Shown: piece after piece, positions 1 to 10,807 of the stretch | Layout: the number at the start of each line of letters is the position of its first letter | Position numbering within the stretch: the stretch's first letter is position 1 | Assembly: GCA_010909165.1 (NCBI GenBank) | Contig: VJWM01000044.1 | Coordinates: 1,054,001-1,118,000, forward strand | Reading direction: 5' to 3' | DNA length: 64,000 nucleotides | Source: Anthoceros angustus | Lineage: Eukaryota > Plantae > Anthocerotophyta | Notes under the pieces: generated by a model | Seen by the model: the letters and a program-made list of their open reading frames with translations, nothing else | The model's database searches: none | Told to the model about the DNA's origin: nothing | Position numbers and translations under genes: made by a program

Positions 1-1816
1 AGGCGGTGGAGCGGGGGGCGATCGTGATCGTGGCGGCGCGGGAGGTGAGCGTGGCCGTGGGTACTGTGAAGGCGGTGGTTGTGGTGGAGGACACCAACGG
101 GGTGCTGTCTGCCCTAGCCGGCGCCTTCTACTCGCATCCCTCCAGGAAGCTGAGCGTGGTAGGGATTACAGGGACGAACGGGAAGACGACGACGTCGTAT
201 CTGTTGCGAAGCATGTACGAGTCCATGGGGATGAGGACCGGGCTGCTCGGTACTATCAGCTACTACATCAACGCGAGGAGAAAGCTGGAGGCTCCGAACA
301 CCACTCCAGACGCGGTCTACTTGCAGAAGCTCATGGCAAGTATGGTGCATTACGGGTCCGAGGTCTGTGTGATGGAGGTTTCATCGCACGCGCTGGCGCT
401 GGGGAGGTGCACGGATGTGGATTTCGATGTGGCTGTGTTCACGAATCTTACCAGGGACCATATGGATTTCCATGGCAGCATGGAGGAGTACCGGGAGGCC
501 AAGGCTAAGTTGTTTGACAAGATGGTGGACCCGAAGCGGCACCGGAAGGTGGTGAACGTCGACGACCCTAATGCCGGGTTCTTTATGGCCAGGGGCGGGG
601 CGGATGTGCCTGTGGTGACCTTCGGGCAGGAGAACAGCGGCGCGGATGTGTTTCCGTTGGAGGTGCAGCTGACTCTGTTTGAGACCGACCTCTTGGTGAG
701 GACGCCTAAGGGGAATGTGGAGATCTCGTCCGGGCTGTTGGGGCGGCACAATGTATATAACATTCTTGCGGCTGTGGCTGTGGGGATCGCCGTGGGCGTG
801 CCGTTGGAGGATATTGTGCGCGGGATCGAGGAGGTGGATGCTGTGCCCGGAAGGTGCGAGCTTATTGATGAGGAGCAGGCGTTTGCTGTGGTTGTGGATT
901 ACGCACACACGCCGGACGCTCTGTCCAGGCTGCTGGACACGATCAGGGAGTGTGGGCCCCGTCGGATTATCACAGGTACTACTTGCTAGTAGCTAGGGTT
1001 GCTCCAAACCATTGCTGCCGCCGTTGCTGCTGGTGATTGAAGTAGTGGAGCTGCCTTCTTTTGGGATGTTGCAGTGGTGGGCTGCGGAGGGGATCGGGAC
1101 CGAGGGAAGCGGCCTATGATGGCCAAGATCGCCACTGACAAGAGCGACGTCACCATTATCACGTCCGACAACCCTCGAACTGAGGATCCTCGTAAGACTT
1201 GCTGGCTTGCCTGCCTCAGTCATTTTTCCCGACCGTCTTGGCGAAGCATGAGCGTCATATGGAAGAGGGATGGGCTGACCCGACCCTGAACCGTGTGGCT
1301 GCAGTGGACATTATCGATGATATGCTGGCGGGAGTTGGGTGGTCGGTGGAGGAGTATTGCGAGTGGGGGGAGAAGGACTACTATCCTCCCCTCCCAAACG
1401 GCCACAGACTGTTTGTGTATGACATCCGGTGCATAGCTGTCCGAGCTGCCGTTGCCATGGGAGAGGAAGGCGATGCCGTGGTAAGCTATCTGCTCTACTA
1501 CAAAGCCTAGCAGCAGGAGGCAGCGAGCAGCGCTTTATTGATAGTCATCTGTGGGTGTCTATGCAGGTGATAGCCGGCAAAGGCCACGAGACATACCAAA
1601 TCGTAGGCAAGGAGAAGCAGTACTTCGACGACAGGGAAGAATGCCGAGAAGCTCTGCAGCACGTGGACGCTTTGCACGCGGCTGGTGTGGACACCAGTGA
1701 GTTTCCCTGGAGGTGAGTTAGGTTTCACTCATCACCATACGTCTCACTATCTTCCCAAGCTAGGGTTCGCTGACTTTCTGGTGCATCCTTTTCACAGAGT
1801 GCTTGAGAGCGTGTAA
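1..1816 (+). CDS. MurE: Plastid MurE (Mur ligase), 5'-truncated by window edge; exons <1-975, 1075-1191, 1305-1480, 1567-1712, 1798-1816
   Basis: P-loop [65 protein letters not shown] and [10 protein letters not shown] are all present. Four GT-AG introns splice in frame. The donor AG|GTGAGT at 1713 gives a C-terminus EFPWRVLESV*. Confidence 0.95.
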
Positions 1817-1860
1817 ACGTGGGCCATCCTAAAGCAGCGCGTCCCCTGCGCGTGGCAAGC

Positions 1861-2382
1861 ATGGGAGAGATCAGCATTAAGTAAGTACGATGCTCGTGCT
1901 AACTGATTTCAGTTGCAACATTTGTGGGCGGCCCCACCCACCGTTAGCTTCCTGTCTCGCAGGCTCCCGGGCTCAACACGCAGTGTCATAACGTATGGGC
2001 CGAGCGGGCGTCGACCATTTCCGACAATGGTTGGCCACCTATTGTGGCTTCTTGGCAGGAGTGATCCGGTAAGGCACCCATGGGTCTGAAGGCTTCTGTG
2101 TACCTTCCCACGTCAACCGCGTTGTTGGTTGGTTATCCATACTTCCAGACTTCAAGTTTAAGCTCCCACCGGCTCCGGGCAACAGATCCGGTTCTCAAAG
2201 ATTCCGATGCCGAAACCGAGGGATTGTTTGTCACGGCACTGGCAACAACAGAGCACCTGTCGAGTCGTGTGGAATACCCGGGCCGTCGGCCACACTTCCG
2301 ACGGCGGCTGAATCGCTCCCAGTATAGAAAACAGCGTTGTTGCTCTATGCGGCGTCCACCAGCTTCTAAACCTGTCGGCTAA
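1861..2382 (+). other. Spliced segment downstream of the MurE stop (3'UTR introns or a small orphan ORF)
   Basis: Canonical-looking introns at 1881-1962 (GTAAGT...GCTAAC...CGCAG) and 2069-2148 (GTAAGG...TTCCAG). Removing them gives an open 119-codon frame from ATG 1861 with no recognisable homology. Confidence 0.35.
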
Positions 2383-2958
2383 GGTTAGTGGCGGCGCCGC
2401 GTGGAGCGCGGGTGTCGTTATAGTTTCTTTCTCTATCAGCCATCTGCAGTCCGCTCGTGCGCATCATGTATGTCGGCAATACGCGTTTTCGCGTGTTCTC
2501 CACGGTAAAGCGATCCAATTCAAATCTGGCTGCAGAAAGCGCGTTCTTATGTCGCTGTCCCGTGGCAGATTGACACTTGGACGGCATCCTCACTCTGTGC
2601 CACAAAGATTTAAAGGCGCTACTGGTTTCGTCTTGGTCTCAGGAGTCAGTGAAGGCTGCTGAGTAACATCCATCCAGATCTTGAGGCGCTTGTGGTCTCG
2701 GAAGCTCCGTGGTCAGTCTCGACGGCTGCGCCTTCAGTCTCATCACTCTCCTCGCACCCGCCGTGGCAGCTGCTTACAGCTGCAGCGTTTCCTTGGACCT
2801 GGACGGCAATAAAGCACAATTCTTCTGCAATTGCTTCTCAGGCTCCGCTTGCAAGCTTGGAGGAAAAGTGTGAGAAGTCGACTCGGAGTTGGAGTTGGAG
2901 TTGGAGCTGAATCGATCCCGAGCGGGCTTGTGTGAGGAAAATTTGCGCAACTCGGAGC

Positions 2959-3780
2959 ATGACCAACTTGGCTCCCATTGTGGTGCTTGCCAAGGAAGGG
3001 CTAGGCCAGATGATCGAGCACAACTGGCACTACTCGCCGGTGCAGCACACGCCACCTCCTGCACAGAAGATGGTAGCGCAGGCCGCGGCCGGGGAGGTCC
3101 TGGTGGAACACTTCGACAGTGAGGCATTTCCCGGAACCTTCGACCGCTCCCTGTCCCGGGCTAGCGACACCAGCAGCAGCGGCACCAGCGTCTTCACCGG
3201 GAGCGCGAGCAGCGATAGCACCTTCTCCCGATCCGTGAGCAAGGACTTCGGGGACCTGCCGCCGAGCAGGTCCGGCAAGCTGACGCTGGCGTCCGAGGAG
3301 GAGATGTGGAGGATCTTCCGGTCCGTGGACCAGGACGGGGACGGCAGGGTTTGCCTCAAGGAGCTGGCAGCTTTCTTGGCCAAGCTCGAGTCCGAGCTCA
3401 CGGAGAAGGACATCCAGGGGCTGCTGGAGTCCGCGGACGAGAACGGGGACCGGCGCTTGGAGTTCCACGAGTTCGTCAAGCTCTACCACTCGGTGGCTGC
3501 GCCGGAGGAGAGGAACGGCCACGGGCTGGAGGATGTAATGGAGGTGGACGATAACCCGGACGAGCAGGCGCTGCGGGACGCCTTCACCGTGTTTGATAGG
3601 AACAATGACGGCCTCATCTCCCCCTCCGAGCTCTTGCTGGTGATGCGGAGCCTGAGTGCCACGGGGAATTCCAAGAAGCTCAGCGACTGTTCCCGGATGA
3701 TCAAGGCTGTTGACAAGGACGGCGACGGCCAGGTTAACTTCCAGGAGTTCAAGGACATGATGACCACCGGCTTCCTGTAG
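2959..3780 (+). CDS. Calmodulin-like protein, 4 EF-hands, Ser-rich N-terminal extension, intronless
   Basis: EF loops DQDGDGRVCLKE, DENGDRRLEFHE, DRNNDGLISPSE and DKDGDGQVNFQE. First ATG is at 2959; 3010 is an alternative start. Confidence 0.92.
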   Translation: MTNLAPIVVLAKEGLGQMIEHNWHYSPVQHTPPPAQKMVAQAAAGEVLVEHFDSEAFPGTFDRSLSRASDTSSSGTSVFTGSASSDSTFSRSVSKDFGDLPPSRSGKLTLASEEEMWRIFRSVDQDGDGRVCLKELAAFLAKLESELTEKDIQGLLESADENGDRRLEFHEFVKLYHSVAAPEERNGHGLEDVMEVDDNPDEQALRDAFTVFDRNNDGLISPSELLLVMRSLSATGNSKKLSDCSRMIKAVDKDGDGQVNFQEFKDMMTTGFL

Positions 3781-4228
3781 CCCTGCCGTCCTTCCCGTTG
3801 CTGCAACAATGTCCGCGCATTCTCAAGACTTGTCACTTATCTTCCGGGGACCAGCGGGCACGCCAAGAACGCGTTTCACCATCCGGCTGGAAGAACTCAA
3901 ATTCATTCCGCTGGGAAGAGGCACTGTTTTTGGCCTCGCAGTCTCCTTGAGAGGGAAGGGAAGGCACGGCAATAGAAGGTAAGACGGATGCGTGCACACC
4001 AGGAAGAGGTCCTGGAGCGTCGTGGCTGTTGCACTTTGAATTGGCAGCTTCCGTTCTCTTCGGTGGTGGGCAAGCCTGGAACAACAACACGACAACTTAA
4101 CATGAATAAGCCAGCATAAGCAACAAGCAAATTGTGGCAATTTAAGTGTATCTGTATCAGAGATATTTGGGGTACCTTTTAGGTATTGTAGCAATTTTTT
4201 ACTGCCGGGATCGGGGCTGATAGGGTGC

Positions 4229-6140
4229 ATGTCCCTGATGCTTGTCACGGCCAGGCTAGGCAGTATGAAGAAACATATTTTAGTACTTCGCATAAACGAT
4301 CGTATTCTAACATTTCCACGCGAGGCTACAGCAGTACATGTTTCGGAATTCCTGAGCTCATGTTGTGAAGCTCTAGTCACTGCGCATTCCTATTCCGTGT
4401 CCCGCAATGTGCATTTTCTGCTCGCGTGCTCTGTTGTGTGGTGGCATACGCGGCAGGTCTGAAACAAGGGTTTAACAAGGATGCTGCGCTCTCGCTTCGC
4501 TTTGAGGACATGTACCAACTATTGGCCTCACGCCCGGGCAAGTCGCCGAACAGCGGCGTTTTGGAGCATGGCTGGCGGTGCTGCTGCGGGCAACCAAACA
4601 CCGGTAGCTTCATTTTTGCCACACAGAATCTTCCCAATGCTGCAAATGTTAAGTAAGACCTGACTGAGAGGTTGGGGACGTCTTTGAACTCCGTAATTCA
4701 CCTTGGCAGAGGATCTCCTACAGGCTGCAATGAATGCTGTGTCTGTGGAAAGGGGGGTCCTGGTGGAGGAGGCGGCAGAAATGGCCGTCGATTCCGAGCA
4801 GCCTGTCAATGGGACCAGCAGCCCTACATGGAAGTGGCGGCTGGTTTTAGCTTACGATGGCTCTAAGTACTCTGGTTTGCACCATAATCTCCTTCCGCTG
4901 TCTTCCAAGAGTCTGCATCTGCCGTTACAAGGGTTTAAGCTTCAAGCCTGTCTGCAGGATGGCAGCTGCAAGACCGGGATCCTACTATTCAGTTCCATGT
5001 CGAAGACGCTCTCATGAAGTTGACTCGCCTCACCAGGAAAGAGCTCAAAGTGATTGGAGCTGGTCGCACCGACGCTGGGGTTCATGCCTGGGGTCAGGTA
5101 ATTTCCGGCACAACGTCACTCTTGTAATGATGATATTGGGCAGCTTGTTGCAGTCCTGCTGAGGCCTTTGGGCGGTTGCAGGTAGCACAATTCACCACTC
5201 TGTCTCCATTTGAGGAGCTGGGAAAGGTTCATGCCTCTCTGAATGGTATCTTGCCGCATGACATCAGAGTTAGGGAAGTCTCAGCTGTTCATCCTAGCTT
5301 CCATGCTCGCTACTCAGCTCTGTCCAAAACTTACCACTACAAGGCTTATGTTTCACCGGTTATGGACCCTTTTCAGCGTGGTCACACTCTCTTCGTGATC
5401 GAGAATCTCAATGTGGAGGTTATGCAAGAGGCTGCTCAAAACTTTGTGGGAACGCACGATTTCTCCGCCTTTGCGAATGCATCTGATGACGCTGCCTTGC
5501 AAGATCCTGTCAGGACCATCTTCAAGTTTAACGTGAATGCTGCGGTAGGTACGTGAAACCGTGCTTCCCCATGTAATTTGGGTTTACTGTTTTCTGTGAC
5601 TTACAAGGCATTCCGTTGCAGGGACCGGAGGTTTGCTTTGTAGTAGAGGGAACAGGTTTTTTCTACAAGCAAGTCCGCAACATGGTAACGATGTCCGATT
5701 CAACTGCTGTTCCCCTGTGACTTCATGCACCAATATCGGTTGAAACCTAATCTCGTTAATCACCTTGGCACTCTCAGGTTGGCTTGCTTATTGAGATTGG
5801 GAAGGAATTGGTTCCTCCGAGGGCAGTGCTTGATGTTATAGACTCTAAGAGCCGCAAAGCACTGGCATCAGTAGCCCGCACTGCTCCACCTCAGGGCCTC
5901 TACCTAATGTCTGTGAGTTACGATGAAGCCGCTCTCTCACCAGTCGAAGAAGTGCCAAGGGCCAGTCATGGGACGTGGAAACAGCCTCCGAAAGCTGCAC
6001 TTTATAAACTTCCTTGTTCATTGGTAGCCTTCGTAGCCTTTCCTGTCATCAGTTCACTTCTGCTACACAGATTTGGGTTTCTTGATTTGATTGACATTCA
6101 GAAGCTGCTGTCGCTGATGCTAGCTAGCACTGCCTTCTAG
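4229..6140 (+). CDS. tRNA pseudouridine synthase A (TruA) family; 5' and 3' ends uncertain
   Basis: Motifs [67 protein letters not shown] and TAPPQGLYL. Core exons are ~4711-4874, 4958-5097, 5182-5544, 5622-5684 and 5778 onward. Confidence 0.9.
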
Positions 6141-6716
6141 GATGACTCCAGTCACGTCAGAAAGCGGCAGCGCCAAACATGAAGAGGTTCGAGAGTGTCT
6201 CAACAGGTGAAAGGGAAACGACTTCCCTTCTTCGAGGTCAGTCTACCCTCTGAAGTGCAGTTTTGCAAGCTATGGACAAAACAGAAGAGTTTGCTAAACC
6301 AAAGGCGCATCATGCCAGAGCCGAGTCCAGAGGCAAGAGGTAAGAGGCAAGAGCTGAGACAAGAGACTCAAGGCGTGAGGCGAGACCGAACACTAGACCA
6401 GAGAAGAGACCGGGTGAATGAGACGAGAGACAACACCAAAAATATTAATGACAATAGAGACAGTGCAACTGGCAAAAGGGAAGTGTGGTGACCAACACAT
6501 ACACCAAGCATTCCAGAAGGTAAGGGCCGAGACCAGAGCTAAAAGGCAAGAACAGCTGCGAGAAGCGAGAGGCCAGAGGATTTATACCCTCTGGGCATAG
6601 CAGATTCTCGAGAATTATGAACCTACTGTCTACGAAAGGATTACTTAATAGTAAATATATTGAGTATTTTATACTCTATTTAAGCATTTTATCTACATTA
6701 ACTTTAAAACTTGTCT

Positions 6717-7983
6717 AGTAACAAGCCTTGCATGAGAAGCATGCAGCCCTGATCTAGTTAGTAAGTTGTAAATAGTGGTGGTAAGACTTAGCTTAGGGCT
6801 TAAGGAAGGAAGTCTGCTTTAGGCAGTTACTTTGGAAATGATGTAAGCTTCCCCCTATATAAGGAGATGAGGCTAGCCCTAGAGAAGCATCTCTTGTGAT
6901 CCTAGTATGGGGAGCTACACTCTTGAGGATAGGACTTTGGTACCTAGAGGCCTTGGGAGCTCGAAGTGTGAGCATGTCTAGAAGGATCCTAGCACTTGGG
7001 AGCTACACTCTTGTGAGGATAGGACTTTGGTGCCTAGAGGCCTTGGGAGCCTAGGTGTGGCGTGCTGAGGAGGAGGTCGAGGGGAAAGAGCTAAGCTCCT
7101 AGCTTAGGCAAATATGGGGAGCTCTCTCTGATCTCTCATGTATTCTTGTTGACTCTTGCTGAAATAAGCGACGGCGTCGACTCTGAGTCGTCCGTGGAAG
7201 GACGGCGGGCTAGAGGCCTAGTCGGTGTTTGGTGATGTTTTGTCGCTAATCGCTGCATTGCCCACCTCAGAAAAGGGGTGTTACTTGTGGTATCAGAGCT
7301 CAAGATTGAAGCATCTTTTAGCTAGGGTGCTAGCTGGAAATGGCCCATCACAAGTAACACCCCCTTTTCCGCGAGGTGGGGCAGTCAAAAACATCAGCAA
7401 ACACCAGCACTAGGCCTCCAAGTAGCCCGCCGTCCTCGAAAACATCACCAAACACCAGCACTAGGCCTCCAAGTAGCCCGCCGTCCTTCCACGGGATGAC
7501 TCGTAGTCGACGCCGCACTGCCTATTCCAAAGAAGAGTCAACAAGAATACATGAGAGATCAAAGAGAGCTCCCCATCTTTGCCTAAGCTAGGAGCTTAGC
7601 TCTCTCCCTCGATCTCCTCCTCAGCCTCCTCTAGCACGCTCACACTCTAGGCTCCCAAGGCCTCTAGGCACCAAAGTCCTATCCTCACAAGAGTGTAGCT
7701 CCCAAGTGCTAGGAGCCTTCTAGACATGCTCACACTCCAGGCTCCCAAGGCCTCTAGGCATCAAAGTCCTATCCTCAAGAGTGTAGCTCCCCATGCTAGG
7801 ATCACAAGAGATGCTTCTCTAGGGCTAGCCTCATCTCCTTATATAAGGAGGCTCACATCATTTCCAAAGTAACTGCCTAAAGCAGACTTTCTTCCTTAAG
7901 CCCTAAGCTAAGTCTTACCACCACTATTTACAACTTACTAACTAGATCCAGGGCTGCATGTTTCTCATGCAAGGCTTGTTACT
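6717..7983. mobile_element. Fold-back element: two inverted LTR-like arms (6717-7289 and 7349-7983), PBS, 5-bp TSD
   Basis: The arms are reverse complements, roughly 90% similar by eye. Termini are AGTAAC...GTTACT. TGTCT flanks both sides (6712-6716 and 7984-7988). TGGTATCAGAGC lies at 7288-7299. Each arm has a TATA box and an internal ~89-bp tandem duplication. Confidence 0.85.
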
Positions 7984-8506
7984 TGTCTTATACTTCTGTT
8001 TAAAAGATTGTATTTTATAGATATAAATCATTTTAAATTAACTTATAGGGTATATAACTTAATAAATTATATGCCCTAGATCATACATAAGTTCATTCTT
8101 TCCTCTTTCTTATTATATGTAGGTCTATTTTATATATATGTTGTATTTTCATTATCATCAATATGCTCTACCATGATATCCTCATGAAAAGCATCTTCAG
8201 CTTTAGCTTTCACAAGGTGAAGATCGTAGTTTTATCCTTCTTCACTAATAACGTTCAAAGATAAACCATAATCTTTATGATTGTCATACTTAATTGTGCC
8301 ATCTATTTACTATAAAGTTTTATCTTATACACAATCTACAATTGGGATAAAACCAAATGTTCCAACACATGTACGAGTTGAATTTTAGAGGACTCTCCGC
8401 GATTACATTTTGTTCCGTATTATCTGCCATGTTGTCATGATGTGTGCTTTTGCTAGACTGCTCATGCATGGATATCTAAATAGAGCACAAGAGAGGATGT
8501 TGCTTT

Positions 8507-8599
8507 GGAGAGCTCACACACATACATAGATGTCTAAATGGAGGTGATGCTTCTGCTTCTGCTCCATTTAGACCTTTATGGATGTACATGGAGCTCTCC
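8507..8599. ncRNA. MIRNA-like imperfect hairpin (candidate)
   Basis: GTCTAAATGGAG (8532-8543) pairs perfectly with CTCCATTTAGAC (8562-8573). The stem continues with mismatches out to GGAGAGCTC/GAGCTCTCC. Confidence 0.35.
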
Positions 8600-8784
8600 T
8601 TGGAGCTTGTTCAAGTTTCCTCAAACCTCGTCGAGGAGCGGCCTTATCGTGGAGCAGAGCGGTTGTTGTTAAAGGGGTGGTTTTGGTGTTCGAAGGTGTA
8701 CTAAGGACTGGTTTTCAATATCCACAGGCCAATATCCAACTGCGATTCTCTAGTAGGGCATGCATGTTGCCAGTAGCAAATCGC

Positions 8785-9005
8785 CTCTTCCCCGTGACAC
8801 CATTCCCGTCGCACCCTTCCCATGTGACATTTTGTAGCACCGTTCCCGTGATCCAAGCCCTGCATGACGTCTTCCCGTGATCCCAAGCGCTCATGGCGTC
8901 TTTCCGTGATCGTCCGTCTGTAACATATTCTTGCACCCTTCTCATGGTCAAGTCCTGCATGACTGTCTTCCCGTGATCCCAAGCTCACATGGCTATCTTC
9001 CCGTG
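8785..9005. repeat. Degenerate ~30-bp tandem repeat (core TCTTCCCGTGATCCCAAGC)
   Basis: About 6-7 imperfect copies of TTCCCGTG-containing units. Confidence 0.7.
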
Positions 9006-9305
9006 GTTGTGCTTGTGTGTCAGGACGTGACTGTCTGTCCCTCCTAGAGTTTGTCAGCAGGAACTTCCTATCCGATTAAACCCTTCCTCACTTTCTCAGG
9101 ACTGAGTGTCTGCAGTGCGTCTGGTTGTACGCCATCCCCTCTCATCATGTGAAAAAAGTTGAGCACCACGTCATTGTTGCCTAGGCAGAACGACGGCTAT
9201 CCCATGCCTTGTTGGGGGTATGCTGCTATGTGCAAACGACACTCCATGTTGTTTTGTCACATGCATGAGCAGAGAGCTGGTTTCTGTCCGGAATACGTCG
9301 TGCAG

Positions 9306-10196
9306 TCAGAGAGGCACTTCAGGCGAACTCGCAACGTCCCCTGCACACACACAGAACAATGGCGGGTGCTAACCTGTCAGTCCAGGCGACCTAGCAAATA
9401 CAAAACACACCATTCAGGTGCCTCAATGACTGCCCCTTCACCTTCAGCAGTCTCGCGAGCAACATACGAGGATCGCCTTGCTGGTAGCGCCTGAGGCGCA
9501 GGTGTTGGCTGCATTTGCATGAGCGCCGCAACCACAAACTGCTGTCAGCAAAATGTGGTCACAAGCACTGTACAGAATGAGCCTTGACCGCGAAACATTG
9601 TACCCTTGATATCAGCTAGTATGCCTCCATCTTGTATCCAGATTATGGTGTCACATGATCTCAATTTGAATGATTCAAATCACACCTCCAGTTTTGGGCG
9701 GAGGGTCAGGACAGGCTGTCTGTTATCTACAGGGATGTTTTGCTGCAAAAACAAGGGAACTGGGTCAGATGGGCAACGGAAGGTTTGTTGGTGACCTCAA
9801 GGACAAGCACATGCATCTGCCGTCACACGATGCCAACCTTGGCTAGAGCCCAATCCGCAGAGTCGAAGAAAGCCCGCGATGTTTTCTGCAAAGATATCCA
9901 TGGTGGTATCGTAAGTATTCTCACATGCAAGGTGACGTGCGCAGGTGCTGTTCAGCCACGGATTCAGTAGCTTACCGTCTCCACGAAAGACTTCCTTTTC
10001 GGCCTAACCCCGTATTTCTTCGCTGCTGCCTCCTGCACATTCCAAGGTTGCATGCAACTCAGAGAAAGGCAAGGAAAAATCTACGGTTAGATAATCCGCA
10101 TAAATCCACCTCGGCTATCAGCGTTTCTTCCTCGACAGCGTCATCGGGGCTAGGGCTGGAGACTCCTTTGCTGGTCTGGCCTTTTTCCTCCTCCAT
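9306..10196 (-). CDS. ENSA: Endosulfine / ARPP-19 family protein; exons 10196-10110, 10032-9976, 9885-9838, 9742-9686, 9508-9442, 9340-9306 (last exon tentative)
   Basis: Absent from the ORF track because the exons are tiny. Spliced translation is MEEEKG...EAAAKKYGVRPKRKSFVET-KTSRAFFDSADWALAK-...LRPKLE-PTPAPQALPARRSSY. FDSADW is the plant endosulfine signature. All introns are GT-AG and in phase. Confidence 0.9.
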
Positions 10197-10297
10197 CCCC
10201 GGCCGTCCCCTTGGAAGGGAGATGCTCCAACCAACCGGTAGTTTCTCCGATCGACAGCGAGTCAGCTACGTTACAGCTTAAGGAGAAACATGAGGTG

Positions 10298-10540
10298 CAT
10301 GCAGGTGACAACATCAGGCTTGACGATTCCCTTCCATCAATTCCATCTCAACCAGTTGCTCTGCGCCTCAACGACACCAGCTTTTCCTTAACAAGATTTG
10401 GACGAACACCTTCCTCTCGAATCTCGTCATAGCATCGAAACGGCCGACCATGCCATACACGAATCCCGCCTTCAAGCGTTCAACGTCTTTCAATGCCAAG
10501 CGCCCAGGTCTGCATTACCAGCTTCCCAAAATCCATCCAT
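10298..10540 (-). pseudogene. Frameshifted P-class PPR fragment
   Basis: Pieces MDGFWEAGNADL / LALKDVERLKA / YDEIREEGVRPNLV / AEQLVEME / VKPDVVT parallel the segment GFCSAGNADQALKFLDGLKA...YEEIREGGVVPNLI...AEQLFEEM...TPDVVS of the PPR at 12355-15204. Confidence 0.6.
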
Positions 10541-10807
10541 GGGAGTGCCCTGTGTAGCGGCACAGCCCTTTCTTTTCCATTCCTCGCACCGTGACATCCA
10601 ATTGGTAGTGTGGCCCCAACGGACCGGTATTTTGTCTTATACTGTGCCCTAAAACAGCTCACTAGCAAATTCCGCCTTTCGACAGGATCTGATTGTGAGG
10701 CTTCTCCACGCGTTGCCACGCATTGAGAAGACAACGCTGCAAATCGATCTAATCTACAAAGCTCTTCTGTCTTCGTCCTCAAACCCTGTTGAGATCTACG
10801 GGTCACC

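Noticed and set aside
1-6140. Bacterial origin or contamination suggested by MurE and TruA
   Set aside because: Both genes have spliceosomal introns and sit among eukaryotic genes. They are endosymbiont-derived nuclear genes.
6195-6600. ORFs 6195-6491 and 6418-6600
   Set aside because: Purine-rich low-complexity sequence with a non-ATG start for the longer ORF, no motif and no splice support.
8507-8599. Identification as miR159/miR319
   Set aside because: Only the GGAT...GGAGCTCT ends match, with many mismatches, and the hairpin is far shorter than miR159/319 precursors. Kept only as an unnamed candidate.
8701-8988. MORN-like repeats in minus-strand ORFs
   Set aside because: The HG(K/N/E) periodicity comes from the 30-bp DNA repeat. 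The YxGxW spacing of MORN is absent.
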